From positions 1,674,001 through 1,738,000 of the forward strand of contig CM068769.1 in assembly GCA_035084275.1 (NCBI GenBank): a stretch of 64,000 nucleotides of DNA. The letters run 5' to 3'. Source of the DNA: Hydrolagus colliei. Taxonomy: Eukaryota. The notes under the pieces are model-generated. The model saw only the letters and a list, made by a program, of their open reading frames with translations, did no database searches and was not told the DNA's origin. The translations under genes and the position numbers were made by a program. This document shows positions 49,397-61,389 of this stretch, piece after piece (positions within the stretch are counted from its first letter, which is position 1; every line of letters begins with the position of its first letter).

Positions 49397-49569
49397 CTGG
49401 AAAAACAATGATTTAAAAATGAAAGCTTATAGACAGGCTGGATCAACTGCATCAATGTCAATCATGATGAAGAATAATTTATTGTTTCATGTTACCGTTT
49501 TTCAATAGTTAGAATAGAGAATGTTACGACTGCAACATTACATTTGCAAAGCGGCTTCATTTTCTCACA

Positions 49570-50700
49570 TCGGTAGGGGGGAAACTTCTAGAGACTATAA
49601 TCAGGGACAAGATAGATCTTCACTTAGAAATGTATAGGTTAATGCTAAAGGCAAAAACATATCTGACGAATCTGATAGAATTTTCCGTGAGATAACCAAA
49701 TGGGTGGAAGAGGGTGTTGCAGTTTATGTATTTTATATGGACTTTCAAAGGACATTTGTCAAAGTGCCATATGAATGGCATGTGAAGCAATTAGCTGCCC
49801 GAGGCATTAAATGGACAGTGGCAGCATGGATTCATAACTGGCTCGGAGACAACAAGCATAGTGTTGTGGTGAACGACTGTTTTTCTGACTGTAAGTACAT
49901 GTTCATTGTCGTCGCTCGGGGATCGGTATTGGCACCAATCTTGACCAATACCAAGATCTGTGCTTGGGTATACGGAGTACAATTTCCAAGTTTGCAGATA
50001 ATGTAAAGTTAGTAAAAAATTTAAGAGTGAGGAGGATTTTAGCAATCTGCAAGAAGATATAGACCGAATGGTAAACTGAGCAAATGAAGCCCAGATGAAG
50101 ATGAATTATTTCCAGCTGTAGTTTACTGTAGAGAAATGTAAATTGATGCATTTTGGTGTGATAAATGAGAGGAGTAAATATAGGCTAGATAGTACAACGA
50201 ATGAACAGAGAGACCCGTAGATTTGTGCAGATAAATAGATGAAGGTGGCTCTTAAAAAAAGCATACGGGATACTAGGCATTATAACTAGTGGCATATAGT
50301 ACAAAAGTCAGAAATATTAAACTTTGGATAGGCTTCAGCTGGATTAGGCTACTGTGTACAATTCTAGTGACCACACTATAGGAACGATGTTATGGCATTG
50401 GAAAGGGTGCAGAGAACATTTACTAGGATGGTAACAGGAATGAGGAACTTCAGTTATGAGGAAAGGATAGCGAGGCAAGGTTTATTCTCATTGGAAAAGA
50501 GAAGAATGCGAGGATAACTAATAGAAGTGTTTAAGATCATGAGTGGATTCGACAGAGTAGATAGAGAACAAATTTCCACTGGTGGGATTATCAGTGACTC
50601 GTTCTCACAGATTTAATATAGGTTAAAAATCATGCAGAGGGGAGGAGAAATATTTTCACTCAGCGCGTTGTTCGAATCTGGAATGCATTGCGTGAAAAGC
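49570..50700 (+). mobile_element. Decayed CR1 RT to 3' fragment
   Basis: AVYVFYMDFQRTFVKVP; WIHNWL; ctggaatgcattgc. Confidence 0.8.
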
Positions 50701-51880
50701 GCTATAAAAGTTCAATTTGGTAGTCGTTTCTATTTTACTGCTCCACTGGGACTTCATTCTTGACGTCGCTTCTCTCAATATTATCAGAAAAACTTCCTCA
50801 CATTAGCTAAACTATCCTAATCCTATTTTCTGCTGACCTCTGAGCACCTCTTTATCTCATATGCATTTAGTGGCAAGTTTGCAAACACGGCATTTTGTAA
50901 AGGACGTCTTTAGCTTGTCATTCAGCGATAGTAATGGAGTCTCTCTACACTATTCATTTACACATTTATCTGGGTGCTTTTATCAGTGATATGGTCAACA
51001 AAGCCGAAAACGTCGTGTATGTGTTTCTCCTTTGCTGCCTGGATTATTCTACGCAGAGCTTGTCGGTGGCACCAGCTGCTGTTTTCAACAAAGTCAGCTC
51101 ATTTTGCCCTGAAGAACCCAACTACATACAAGCTTACCCGGAACCCAGTTCTAGCAAGGATCCAGTGACACTCTAACAACGAACAGACCAATTTCAATAC
51201 CTTGTTTTATAGATCAAATTACTTTACTTACTGGCATCAGTCTACCACTCCGACAGTCTCGCACCTCAATACGCCATCGGGCCACTCCACTCAGTTGGCA
51301 TCGGCCTGATAATTGTCCCCGGCACCCTTTACTGCACATTTGGAGATTGCACCGACAGCTATTAAATCATGCAACAAAGTTGCATTTAAATGGCGCCATT
51401 TACGCCTCGTCTACATTCCTACAGGAGGTTCAGGGACCGTATCTCCCTCATTCTCACTTGACTCAATTTGCTTCCCATCACATGAAGGATATAGTTAATG
51501 ATCTTGGTCTTCATGTTCAAAACACTCCTTGGCCCTGTTCGCCCCAAACTCTGAAACCACTTACCAATCTACCCACTCACTCCGCTCAGGGGCATTGTTA
51601 CTTCTTCATGTCCCCCGCCTCGCTCGCCCACCATTGGCAGGCAAGCCTTCAGCCACTCTGCATTCACCCCAACCCCCACAACAGATGAAACGCCGCCTTC
51701 ATTCTCTCCGCCTCGCCACATCCGTAGACTGCTTGACACGCCACCTTAACGCCCTCTTATTCGACTGTGCTTTCGATCCACTTACTGCCCTCCACCAACC
51801 ACACTCTGCGGTCCCTAGCCCTAATTGTGGTCCGAAGTTCGCTGAGGCCAGTGTCTTAGGGTGACTAGATTACTTTAAAT

Positions 51881-52130
51881 GATAGAATCATAGAATCGTA
51901 AAATCATAGAAACATAGAAACATAGAATCATAGAATCATAGAATCATAGAATCATAGAATCATAGAATCATAGAATCATAGAATCATAGAAACATAGAAT
52001 CATAGAATCATAGAATCATAGAACCATAGAATCATAAAACCATTGAAGCATACACTAATAGAATCATAGAATCATAGAATCATAGAATCATAGAATCATA
52101 GAATCAAAGTATCATAGATTCACAGAATCA
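51881..52130. repeat. Expanded (CATAGAAT)n array, the tail of a minus-strand CR1 (52130-52790)
   Basis: About 30 eight-bp units followed by CR1 3'UTR/RT remnants. Confidence 0.9.
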
Positions 52131-53089
52131 TTTAATCCCACTCCCCATCTCTCTCTACATAAATGCGCTAACCCGTTCTCCCCAAATAAATGTTTAACTT
52201 TCTTTGAACACTTGTCATCGAATCGGCTTCCACAACCTTTTAAGGTAGTTCAGGTAGGACGTGAACCCAAGTCCTGTTCATTAATATAAATTAGAAAGGC
52301 CAGTCTTCCCGATATCGACCCATGGAGGACGACACTGTACATTTCCCTCCGGTCAGAAATAGAGACGTTCACCCCCCCCTCTCTGCTTTATGTCTCCCAG
52401 CCAGCTCTGGACCCATGCTGCCAATATCCCTTTAACACCGTGGTGTTTTATTGTACTTATATGCGTTTTATGTGGAACTTTGTGAAATATCTTTTGAAAG
52501 TCCATATAAATTACATCACATGCACTATCCTCCCTTCTTCCAAAGTAAAGATCTATCCTGTCCATAATTATCGTCTCTAGAAGGTTTCACACTGCTGATA
52601 CTACACTGACTGCCCTGTAGCTTCCTGGTTTGTCATTCTGCTCCTTTTTGTGCATGGGAGTAACGTTAGTAAATTTCTAGTCCTCTGGCACTAACACTGT
52701 GCCCAAGGAACAATGCAACATTGCGGCCAGAGCCTCTGCTATTTGATCCCGTACTTCGCCTAGTAACCTAGGTTGCATCCCTTATATACCAATATAAGGG
52801 TGAGAGTGCGTGAGAGGGAGGAAGGAGAGACGGGGGAGAAGGATCCCAAAATACATCAACACCAACACGACTACCCACAGCCATCAGATCGCAAACAACT
52901 CTGACTTCCCCCAAGTCACTAAACTTCCTCAATTCCCTAAACTCAACATCTTACACCTCCAAACTTTTCTCAGCTCCAAACATTTCTCACTTCCTCCACA
53001 GCACATACTACACGCTCACCAATTAACCACCACAAGGCGCACACCCGCCAAGTCCTCAACTGTCAGCAGAACGCACCACCACCACAACA

Positions 53090-53510
53090 ACAAAAAATAA
53101 TGTAGCGCCTTTCATTTCGGGAGGACATACCAAGGCACTAAACAGATAGGGCGAGACCAGAGCGAGGGAGGGGGGGATGGATTGGTGCAAGGGCGGAGGG
53201 AAGCAGCGTAGGAAATGGGGGAAGATTAGGTGGGCAGTAAAAGGCACGATCGAGCAGGCGATTCTTGAGATAGGACTTGAATGGGGAAAGTGGAAGCGAG
53301 GCGAAGGCATAGGTGGATCGATTTCCAGGGTTTTGGGGGAATCACAGCCACCGATGATAGGGCATTTCTGGCGGTGGACGTGGAGCGGGCTGATAGGGAG
53401 ACTATCTGAACGCAGGGGACAGGCAGACTGATAGGGAGACAGCCGGTCGGATAGATAGTGGGGAAAGGCGGTGAATGACCGTGAAGGTGAGGACGATGAT
53501 ATTGAACTTA
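53090..53510 (-). mobile_element. L2 3' fragment
   Basis: aacaacaaaaaataatgtagcgcctttca tail. Confidence 0.7.
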
Positions 53511-53976
53511 CCCCACCTTGCCTTCACCTATCACCACCCCACCACTTGCCCACAGCCCTCACGTCCTATGTAGCGCTCACCTTCCACATATCACTCACAT
53601 TCAACAAATTCCTCCAATCTCTCACAGCCTTCATCTCATACACAACAGCGTCCATGCTCATTTGCGTTATCCCCTTTCATCAGTCAGTACCCCACAGCTC
53701 TCACTTCGGCACAGCAACCAAATATCCAAACAACTGCACCCACATCGCTCGCACTACTTCCTTCACCATGCCACTTCCCTCACCCTGACAGAGCAGTCAC
53801 ACACCCCGCCACGCACACCACTCAAACAAACCACAAACCTCACCTCAATGTAGCTCCCAACTCCCAACAGCATTCACCGATGCACAGTACACAGTTCCCC
53901 ACCATACAGCTCCCCAAATTAAAGACGTGCACTTTCATTGCCTCCGCACATCCCTTAAATTTCACATAGTCCTCAC

Positions 53977-54039
53977 CCCTACTTCCGTGCACTTCCAGTG
54001 TTTGCATCACGTGCTGCGGTGAGATGCTCCTCAATTCCT
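53977..54039 (-). CDS. Predicted exon E7 (63 nt, phase 1-1), truncated repeat exon
   Basis: tttgctatAG|AG...AGTAGGG|GTGAGG; encodes ELRSISPQHVMQTLEVHGSR. Confidence 0.55.
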
Positions 54040-54683
54040 CTATAGCAAATTGAAATAAAATAAAGGGAAGGTTAATGTATCTTTCATTCTCCATATTCAT
54101 TGAGCTTTACTATTAATAATAATAACCCTTTCACATCCAAGAGAGTTTCGCCACGATATAAAAGCAACCGCACACAAATCGATCAGCCATCACTTACACC
54201 ACAGACCTCAAACACTACTATAAGACCACGCACTCCCCCCACAAACCCAGACCGTTATCCCCCACATCAAGAACCCTCAAAACCTAAAGCCTTCAACAAC
54301 CGCATATCCCTGATTTCCTCACTGCCCTCAGCATACATCCGCAGTCAGCACCCATCTCTCTCAAATCGCCACATTCATCACATCCCACATGTTAGGTAGT
54401 CCTAACCCTGGTGGGTTAGGACTACCTAACCCATCAGGTAACACACCTCACCACATCACTCATATCACACAACCATCACAGTCACTGCACAGATTATATC
54501 CCCACATCCCTCACATGCGCAACAGTTTTTTCCCCACACAGAGCTCACCAACTCCATACCCGTAACACATCGCACCCCTCATCCCCAAACAGCGATCACC
54601 ACAATAGCATCCCTTATCTCGCATTGCCCTCATCGCTACCTCAGTGATAAGCGAAAAGCCACAATCACCTCCGCAGGCCTCAC

Positions 54684-54785
54684 CTGTGACCTTCGTCTCC
54701 ATTGCTTCAAATTTTTGGTGCAAAAATTGTATAAGTGATTGTTCTTGCTGTTCCAGTTTTTCCGCCATGATGCTCCGACATTCCT
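54684..54785 (-). CDS. Predicted exon E6 (102 nt, phase 1-1), heptad-like
   Basis: tttgctacAG|AG...GTCACAG|GTGAGG; encodes ECRSIMAEKLEQQEQSLIQFLHQKFEAMETKVT. Confidence 0.72.
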
Positions 54786-55459
54786 CTGTAGCAAATTGCA
54801 GGTAACATAAACGTAAGGTCAATGTATCTTTCATTCTACAAACACATTGAGCTTTACTAATAATAATAGTATCCCTTTCACTTCTAAGAGATTTTCAGAA
54901 CGATGTACAAACAACCGCACTCACATCGCTCCCCTCCCACTCAGCTACCATTTCCAACTCAGCCTTCAACCACAGTTGTAAGACCACGCACTCCCCCTCC
55001 ACACCCAACCCAATCCGTAATCCCACACTTCAAGAACCCTCAAAACTAAAACCCTCAACAACCACTTAGCCATCCTTTCCCTCACTGCCCTCAGCATATA
55101 TCCGCAGTCACCAACTATCTCTCTCACATTCTTCACTAATAATTATAATAACCGTTTCATTTGATATAGTACTTTTCACGTCGTCTAGACGCCACAGAGC
55201 GCTACACAGCTTTGTCCAAAAACAAATACACCCATATCGCTCACTTCCTACTGAGCCATTACAGCTCTATTTATCTCCACATCCCCCAAATGCGCAACAG
55301 CCCACTCCCCGACACATAGCTCACCAACCCCATACCTCTAGTATCTCACACCCGTCATCCCCACACAGCGATCACTATCACAACATCCCTTATACATCAC
55401 AACCCTCACCTCCACCTCAGTCATCAATCGGAAGCCGTCACCACCCTCGCAGGACTCAC

Positions 55460-55573
55460 CTGTGATCTGCGTCTTCATTGTTTCAAATTCCTGGTGCACA
55501 CATTTTCTAAATGATTGTTCTTGCTGTGCCAGGTTTTGCGCCACATTATCCGGCGAGATGCTCCACACTTCCT
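55460..55573 (-). CDS. Predicted exon E5 (114 nt, phase 1-1), heptad-like
   Basis: tgttcaatAG|AG...ATCACAG|GTGAGT; encodes EVWSISPDNVAQNLAQQEQSFRKCVHQEFETMKTQIT. Confidence 0.72.
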
Positions 55574-57348
55574 CTATTGAACATTGCAGGCAAAGCAAAG
55601 GGAACGTTAGTCTACATTTCATTCTCCAAACATATTGGGCTGTAATAATACTGATAATAATAACCCTTTCATTTGACATATTGCTCTTCACGTCTTATAG
55701 ATGTCTCAGAGTGCTTCACAGCTATGTCCAAACACCTATACTCTCATCGCTCATCTCCCACTCAGCCACCACTGCCGCCGTCAGCCTCAACCGCAACTAT
55801 CAGACCACACACTCAACCCCCCAATCTACCCCAAAAGCCAATTACCCCAGGCTGTTACACTACACAGAGCCTGGAACACACCAATAATCCTCTGCACCTA
55901 CAGGGTGAGGGTGTTGGGGATGGTCGAGGTAGGGTGAAGGGGGAGGGGAGTGGGAGTTAGTGGGGCAGCCGATGGCGAGGTTGAAGTGAAAGTTCTTGAG
56001 ACCTGCATTGAAGGCGGAAAGGAAGGAAGGAAGGCGGATTGAGTTCCCCAATGTGGGAAGAGAGAAGCGGTGGACGGCCTAAACCAGCAGTTGAGGCCTA
56101 TGAGAGAGTTGTTTTCTGTGGTTTATCAACATTTGGAATAATGTCTAAAGCAGTGGCCAGCCCACAACAGGAGTTTGGTGGATCCCTCTTATCAGATTAA
56201 TCTGATTCTGTCTCTCAACTCGTGGTCTGAAAATGTGACTAGATTTTCCGCTCATTATTGGACTGACGCTCCATAGGGAAACAGTATTTTTCTATTCATG
56301 TTCAGAAGAATCATGGTTAATGCAATGCTGTATCACAACCGGGGCATAATACATAGTGCAATGGTTGTTGCGGTGCGATCCATCTAGCTCCAGATTTGTG
56401 AAACTTGCCGCCATCACTCTTCATCCTCCAACTTGACTCTGATTTGCTATCAAATTTGACAGTCGGGGATTGCTGCCAAAGTGGGGAGGGCTGCATGTTA
56501 CGTTGTCTGCGCTTTCAGTCAGTACGCTATCGGTAAAATCACATTTCATTTTGGTATCCGTTCGCCTGACTGGCCAAAAAGCTAATCCGACCTCAAACGA
56601 ATTGAGGTTTCCTGACCCCCGAAACCTCACTGTCTCCATCACTGCCTCCGTCTGATTATGTGGGCTTTGCTTCACTTAGTTAAAATTCTGCATCTCAATA
56701 TATCATTGCTCTTCCGAAAAGGATGTGCATCCCCCTATTAAACCAATACTTTATTAGCAGTGAATCCTCAATATCAGTTCAGCGATAGTGTGAATCCCAT
56801 CAGCAATGAGGCACTCCAAAATGTCTGAAAATCGGCTGTCTTTTACCAATGTCTTGACTGATTTTTCGAAAGGTCTATGTGTGCTCTACAGAGTGGTGTC
56901 GTATTGCTGGGATTTTTCTGTCTTATTGGGAATCACTGGTTTGCAGAAATCATACAATTGGGATTATTGTTTAATTATCTCACATAACGAGATATCAAAT
57001 TTAAATACCGTCTCCTCAGTGAATACAGAATTGTTGTTGTTGTAACCAAGGCCTCCAGACCTCAGCACCGTGATCGCTTCAATCGTTGAAATTGCAGGCA
57101 ATGACTTTCCTGGCATTGGATAGTGGTTCGTTTTATCGCAGGTAACGCTATGTGATCCCTGCTTTCCTATGGTGCATTTAGACATGCATTTTTGGTGCCA
57201 TAGATAGCCAATCAACTCTCACCTTAAAACCGTCGTCTTCTCTGCGAAATCTCTTCATCAGCCGACCACCCTTCACCCAGAGCATTAGTACGTCCTGGTT
57301 ATGTACAATGAGCAATAAAACTTCAATTTGTTGTTACCATTTACATAC

Positions 57349-57450
57349 CTGCATTAGAGTTCTCGGTCGGAGTCATCACCGGTTGTAGGCTACTCTGCAG
57401 GAACTTATTTTTTATTGTCTCCAAAGAGGTGGTCACGAACGTCGCCAAAA
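57349..57450 (-). CDS. Predicted exon E4 (102 nt, phase 1-1)
   Basis: gaatgcttctAG|TT...AATGCAG|GTATGT; encodes LATFVTTSLETIKNKFLQSSLQPVMTPTENSNA. Confidence 0.6.
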
Positions 57451-57569
57451 CTAGAAGCATTCAGATATAGTATCAATTATAGCACAGAACATGATTCATT
57501 CAATTGTCCCTGTTGTGCTGCTCACTCTCCAATGGATCTATCACGATTGAATAGTCATACTAATATTGA

Positions 57570-57860
57570 TATTGCGCTTTTCGCGTCTTAGTAACGTCTC
57601 AAATCAATTCACATAACATAGTATCAAGCGAATTGACTGTATATTTGGTGGCGAAACTCTGCTGCCAATTACGCACAGTAGTGTCGCTACACACAGCCGT
57701 GGATTGAAATGACCAATGTCTATTTGTTTTCTATGGATGTATTAGTATTAGTAGTGTGTGTGGAGTAAGGAAACTTGTCCAAGTTTTAGCACTGATTTGG
57801 CTGGATTCGAATAATGCATTCACGCTATTAATGCGAGTGCTCTAACCACTGTGGTACTGG
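57570..57860 (-). mobile_element. tRNA-derived SINE
   Basis: agtggttagagcactcgc head, attcgaatcc B-box, L2-type tail. Confidence 0.7.
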
Positions 57861-58539
57861 ATTTCCACAAGTTTAGTAATAATCCTTTCATTTTGATATA
57901 GCGCTCTTCACATCTTATCGACGTCCAGACGCGCTGCATATTATATATTGCAGACTGGATTGACTGTATATTGGTTGGTAAAATATTTGAAATTAGATTC
58001 TGGGTTCATCCTTAGCAACCCATTGTAAAATACATTGTAAATATATAAGACAAGACTGAACATAGTCTCAACCGTCAGTAACAGCAGTTTAATGGAACAA
58101 TGTGGAAGCTTTCTGTAATCGTGTTCCTGTGTTAGGAATATATTCATGAATTATTGAGATTTGCAAGACTAGATTCTTTTTTGACATATTGATATTTCAT
58201 CAGCTTGTCCACAAGATCTGTCCTGCAACCCCGTAACTTGTCCTAGATTTGTTAGGTACCGGATGGCATAAAACGTATCGACATTCGCACTTCGAAAACA
58301 TGTCTAGCAACAGGATAAGGTGAGCTGCAACTGTGTAAGCAATGAATGAATTGCATTATGTCCATGTTTACTAATAAAGCATCAAAGCCTATGTTTACTG
58401 GCAGCAGACCAATATGTTCATTCCACCGCATCGCTGCAGGAGTCAGAGGAATTATTTATCGTGGTTCTTTGTTCAGAATCCTGCTGACACTGGGGTTGAG
58501 AGAAACCCCAGTGCTGTAGACTGGCTGGTTTTGTTACAC

Positions 58540-58629
58540 CTTTGCCATTGTAGTCAATAAAAGTTTGGAGGCAATCTGGAATAGCCTTATCTTTTGCGAC
58601 AGGTTTGGTTTGAATTAACCTCAGTGATT
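58540..58629 (-). CDS. Predicted exon E3 (90 nt, phase 1-1), weak donor
   Basis: ggttttacccAG|AA...GGCAAAG|GTGTAA; encodes SLRLIQTKPVAKDKAIPDCLQTFIDYNGK. Confidence 0.4.
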
Positions 58630-59420
58630 CTGGGTAAAACCACACAAACCTTTTGCATAAATTCAGATGGCAGAGAGTATTCCCTACTCTCCCATTGCAT
58701 ATTCTGCCATAATTATGGATGCTGATATCTAAATCATTGTCAGTCTTCTTACTACTGGTGGCAACGAATAGCGAGAGTTCAACCAATACCCAGACATTAG
58801 GTAAAATAATGTGTGCAACGTGAAAGGAACTAGTTTGTAAATTCCTACAGAGTCTACTCTAGGGGTGGAAGACTTTAGCTGTGAGATCACGGCCTTTCAT
58901 TGCAAAGTCCACTAGCTCATATGTTAGAGTACCAGCCTTGCAAGCATGAGATGTCGGCTAAACCGAAGCAAGGTGCAAACTTACGTAAGTCTCATTACGC
59001 CACAAGCATAACAAAAGCAGCATACTGTGTTACAATTAATACATCAGTGTTTGCGGGACACTGCTGTGTGCAAATAACTGCCGTACTTCGCCCACAAATT
59101 AAGTGAGATATTTAGGAGACATCAAAAGCGCAATATCACATGCAAGAATTATTATCATTTGATATCCCCGTGACTGTTTGTCAACTGTTCATCACACATT
59201 TCCAATTTATAGTGGGCATCACAAATCCATTTTGCAAAATGATATCGCTAGCTAAATGTGCCCATCAATCGTTATCTGCGGTGTAGTTGAGGACTTTTGT
59301 GAAAGCGAGAAATACATACCGATTCTCCACAAAAAGTGCTGTCAGTATCCAACATTGCGTCACCAGAACATTGGTTCACTTGAGGAGCATGTTTATAATA
59401 TTCATAGTTGATAACCTCAC

Positions 59421-59663
59421 CTTTACCAGAAACTGCACAATTGGGTTGGATTTCTATTTCCTGTGACGTCCTGTAAATATAATCCACAAATTTCCTGGCC
59501 ATGCTAGCAAAGTTAGGATTTAGTTGACTTTCCGATTGCAGTTCCATGTCGTTCGTCGCCTTTGCGATTATTGGGCTCTCAAACATAAAGGCCTTCAATT
59601 TGTAGAAGTGCTTCCTGATGCGGTTTCTTGGCAGGTTAAACTCGACAGCTCTCTTGCTCACAC
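59421..59663 (-). CDS. Predicted exon E2 (243 nt, phase 1-1)
   Basis: attctttcgtccctAG|GT...GGTAAAG|GTGAGG; encodes VSKRAVEFNLPRNRIRKHFYKLKAF...SMARKFVDYIYRTSQE...VSGK. Confidence 0.7.
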
Positions 59664-61216
59664 CTAGGGACGAAAGAATATTCCACATAGATGTAATCGA
59701 TTGGCTGTCAGGAACAGCATGGTTCAATGTGCATGAGAAATCTGGACATGTTCAAGTATCACCAAACCAACAAATACCGAAGGATGGATGGACGGTAGTC
59801 CAGGGTACTTATGGAGACAATGCATGGCATTGGTGCAACTCGAACAGAAAGAAAAAGACTCAAAATATTACATTGTTCACCAAGCAGCGGTCGTTACTCC
59901 CGAAGGGCGACACTACTAAATCTGACAACGATAGACCATTTAGTATGATCTCAAAGTAAGAAAATAGAGTATTATCAGAAAGTAACAACATTGTGTCCAA
60001 ACAAAACATTATTCATTGACGGCCAACTGAGATTCAGACATAGACCAAGTATCAAACGTTTGTTGAGGAGTTAATAGCCAAAATGTTTCGTCGGCAGCCG
60101 TATGATTTCGTACATTCAGACTTTTAAGGGGCTTTGAACAGAGCTCCTAATGAAATATTCTTCTATGAACAATTGTCACTGAGTAGTAAGACATGGACCT
60201 GGATTTATAGGGAAATCAGTCCAAATATTAAAAGTTACTAATCAAGATGTGGATCTGCATGTAATGTATATTTGAAGGCATGGTTTCCAACAGAATACAT
60301 ATGTTTCAGTTTTCACCTAGTTGAGTTAGTTAATTCATCGCTGTTGATATCAATTCACGGTGCAGTATATTCTGCGATGCGCTTTCAGACTTGCAGAATA
60401 CGTGAAAAGCGCTATACCAAATGAAAAGTTTATTATTGTTATCATGATCAATAATTAGAGACGTTTGTAAATTTTAAAGAATTGTCTAATCGTTACAAAG
60501 GGCTTGAAAATCTAAAACCAGAGCAAAACGTTAGATGAAGCAATAATACTTCCTTGATCAAGTGCAGTTTCATTACACGAAGTCAGGAAATTTAGGGAAT
60601 CTTTTCTTTTCTCGTAGTGTAATGAATGGATTCGTGGATGATTTACACCCTGATATTGGACTCATTAATAAATGCTTTGTTCGTTTCAAAGGTGGACGCT
60701 ACGGTGTCGAATCGAGAAATATGGTATCAGATGTGAATCACTGTTGTGATCCAATGAATCCCGACCACACCTTTCCGCTTGAATATTAAACTGGGGAGAC
60801 CAATAGCTCAGCGGTTGGAGTTCTCACATTGCTAGTGAGTCATCAAGGTTCAGTTCTTTTTCAGGTTAAATTCCAGGCAGCAAGAAACCTTCAACAAGTT
60901 TCTTTTATCCATACTCTAATAAGAATCCTCGACCAATAGTATAATTTCAAATGCACAATTGTTTCTGTGACATTGCTATGAGAAATTTGGCTAGGTTTCG
61001 CCTACAAATGGAATCAATTGACATTGAAGTCTATTTTATGAGGTGCTTGTAGACACCCAAAATACGTGCTATGTCAAGTGCAATACTTGCTGTTATTATT
61101 AACAACATGATAGTTTCAAAAACTTGGAGCCCACGAATACACAATACTCCAACATTGGCCAAGAAAGCACAAGTGCTACAGTTTCCCTTTCCCAATGTAA
61201 CGGATGAGCTTGTTAC

Positions 61217-61389
61217 CTTTCTTCAAAGTCAGTGCATTCTCCAAATATTCATCCACGGTCACTTGTTGTCCATTAATGAACAGCCCAGAATTGAAATCCT
61301 GAAGAGCCCAGATGAAGAAACGTGCAATGATGGAGGGATCCCCACTGCACAACTTGTCAATCTTAGATTTAATAAGATCTGTGTTTTCG
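61217..61389 (-). CDS. Predicted exon E1 (173 nt, phase 2-1)
   Basis: tctttacttccttcaccatatctcAG|C...AAGAAAG|GTAACA; encodes ENTDLIKSKIDKLCSGDPSIIARFFIWALQDFNSGLFINGQQVTVDEYLENALTLKK. Confidence 0.68.

Larger units (their letters stand above)
53540..55860. repeat. Three diverged tandem units of ~750-790 bp carrying exons E5-E7
   Basis: Anchor cattgagctttacta/aataataaccctttca at about 54098, 54846 and 55631. Confidence 0.8.

Noticed and set aside
50960-51110. Frame reading ADFVENSSWCHRQALRRII, reminiscent of a CARD start
   Set aside because: An upstream stop, no compatible splice phase, and too short to support.
57223-57294. Extra exon with a strong donor (AAG|GTGAGA)
   Set aside because: It would need a 54-nt intron, and it has a stop in the required phase-1 frame, so it was left out of the model.
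58488-58513. 10-bp hairpin CACTGGGGTT-gagaga-AACCCCAGTG
   Set aside because: It is short enough to be expected by chance in 64 kb, and has no RSS or other context.
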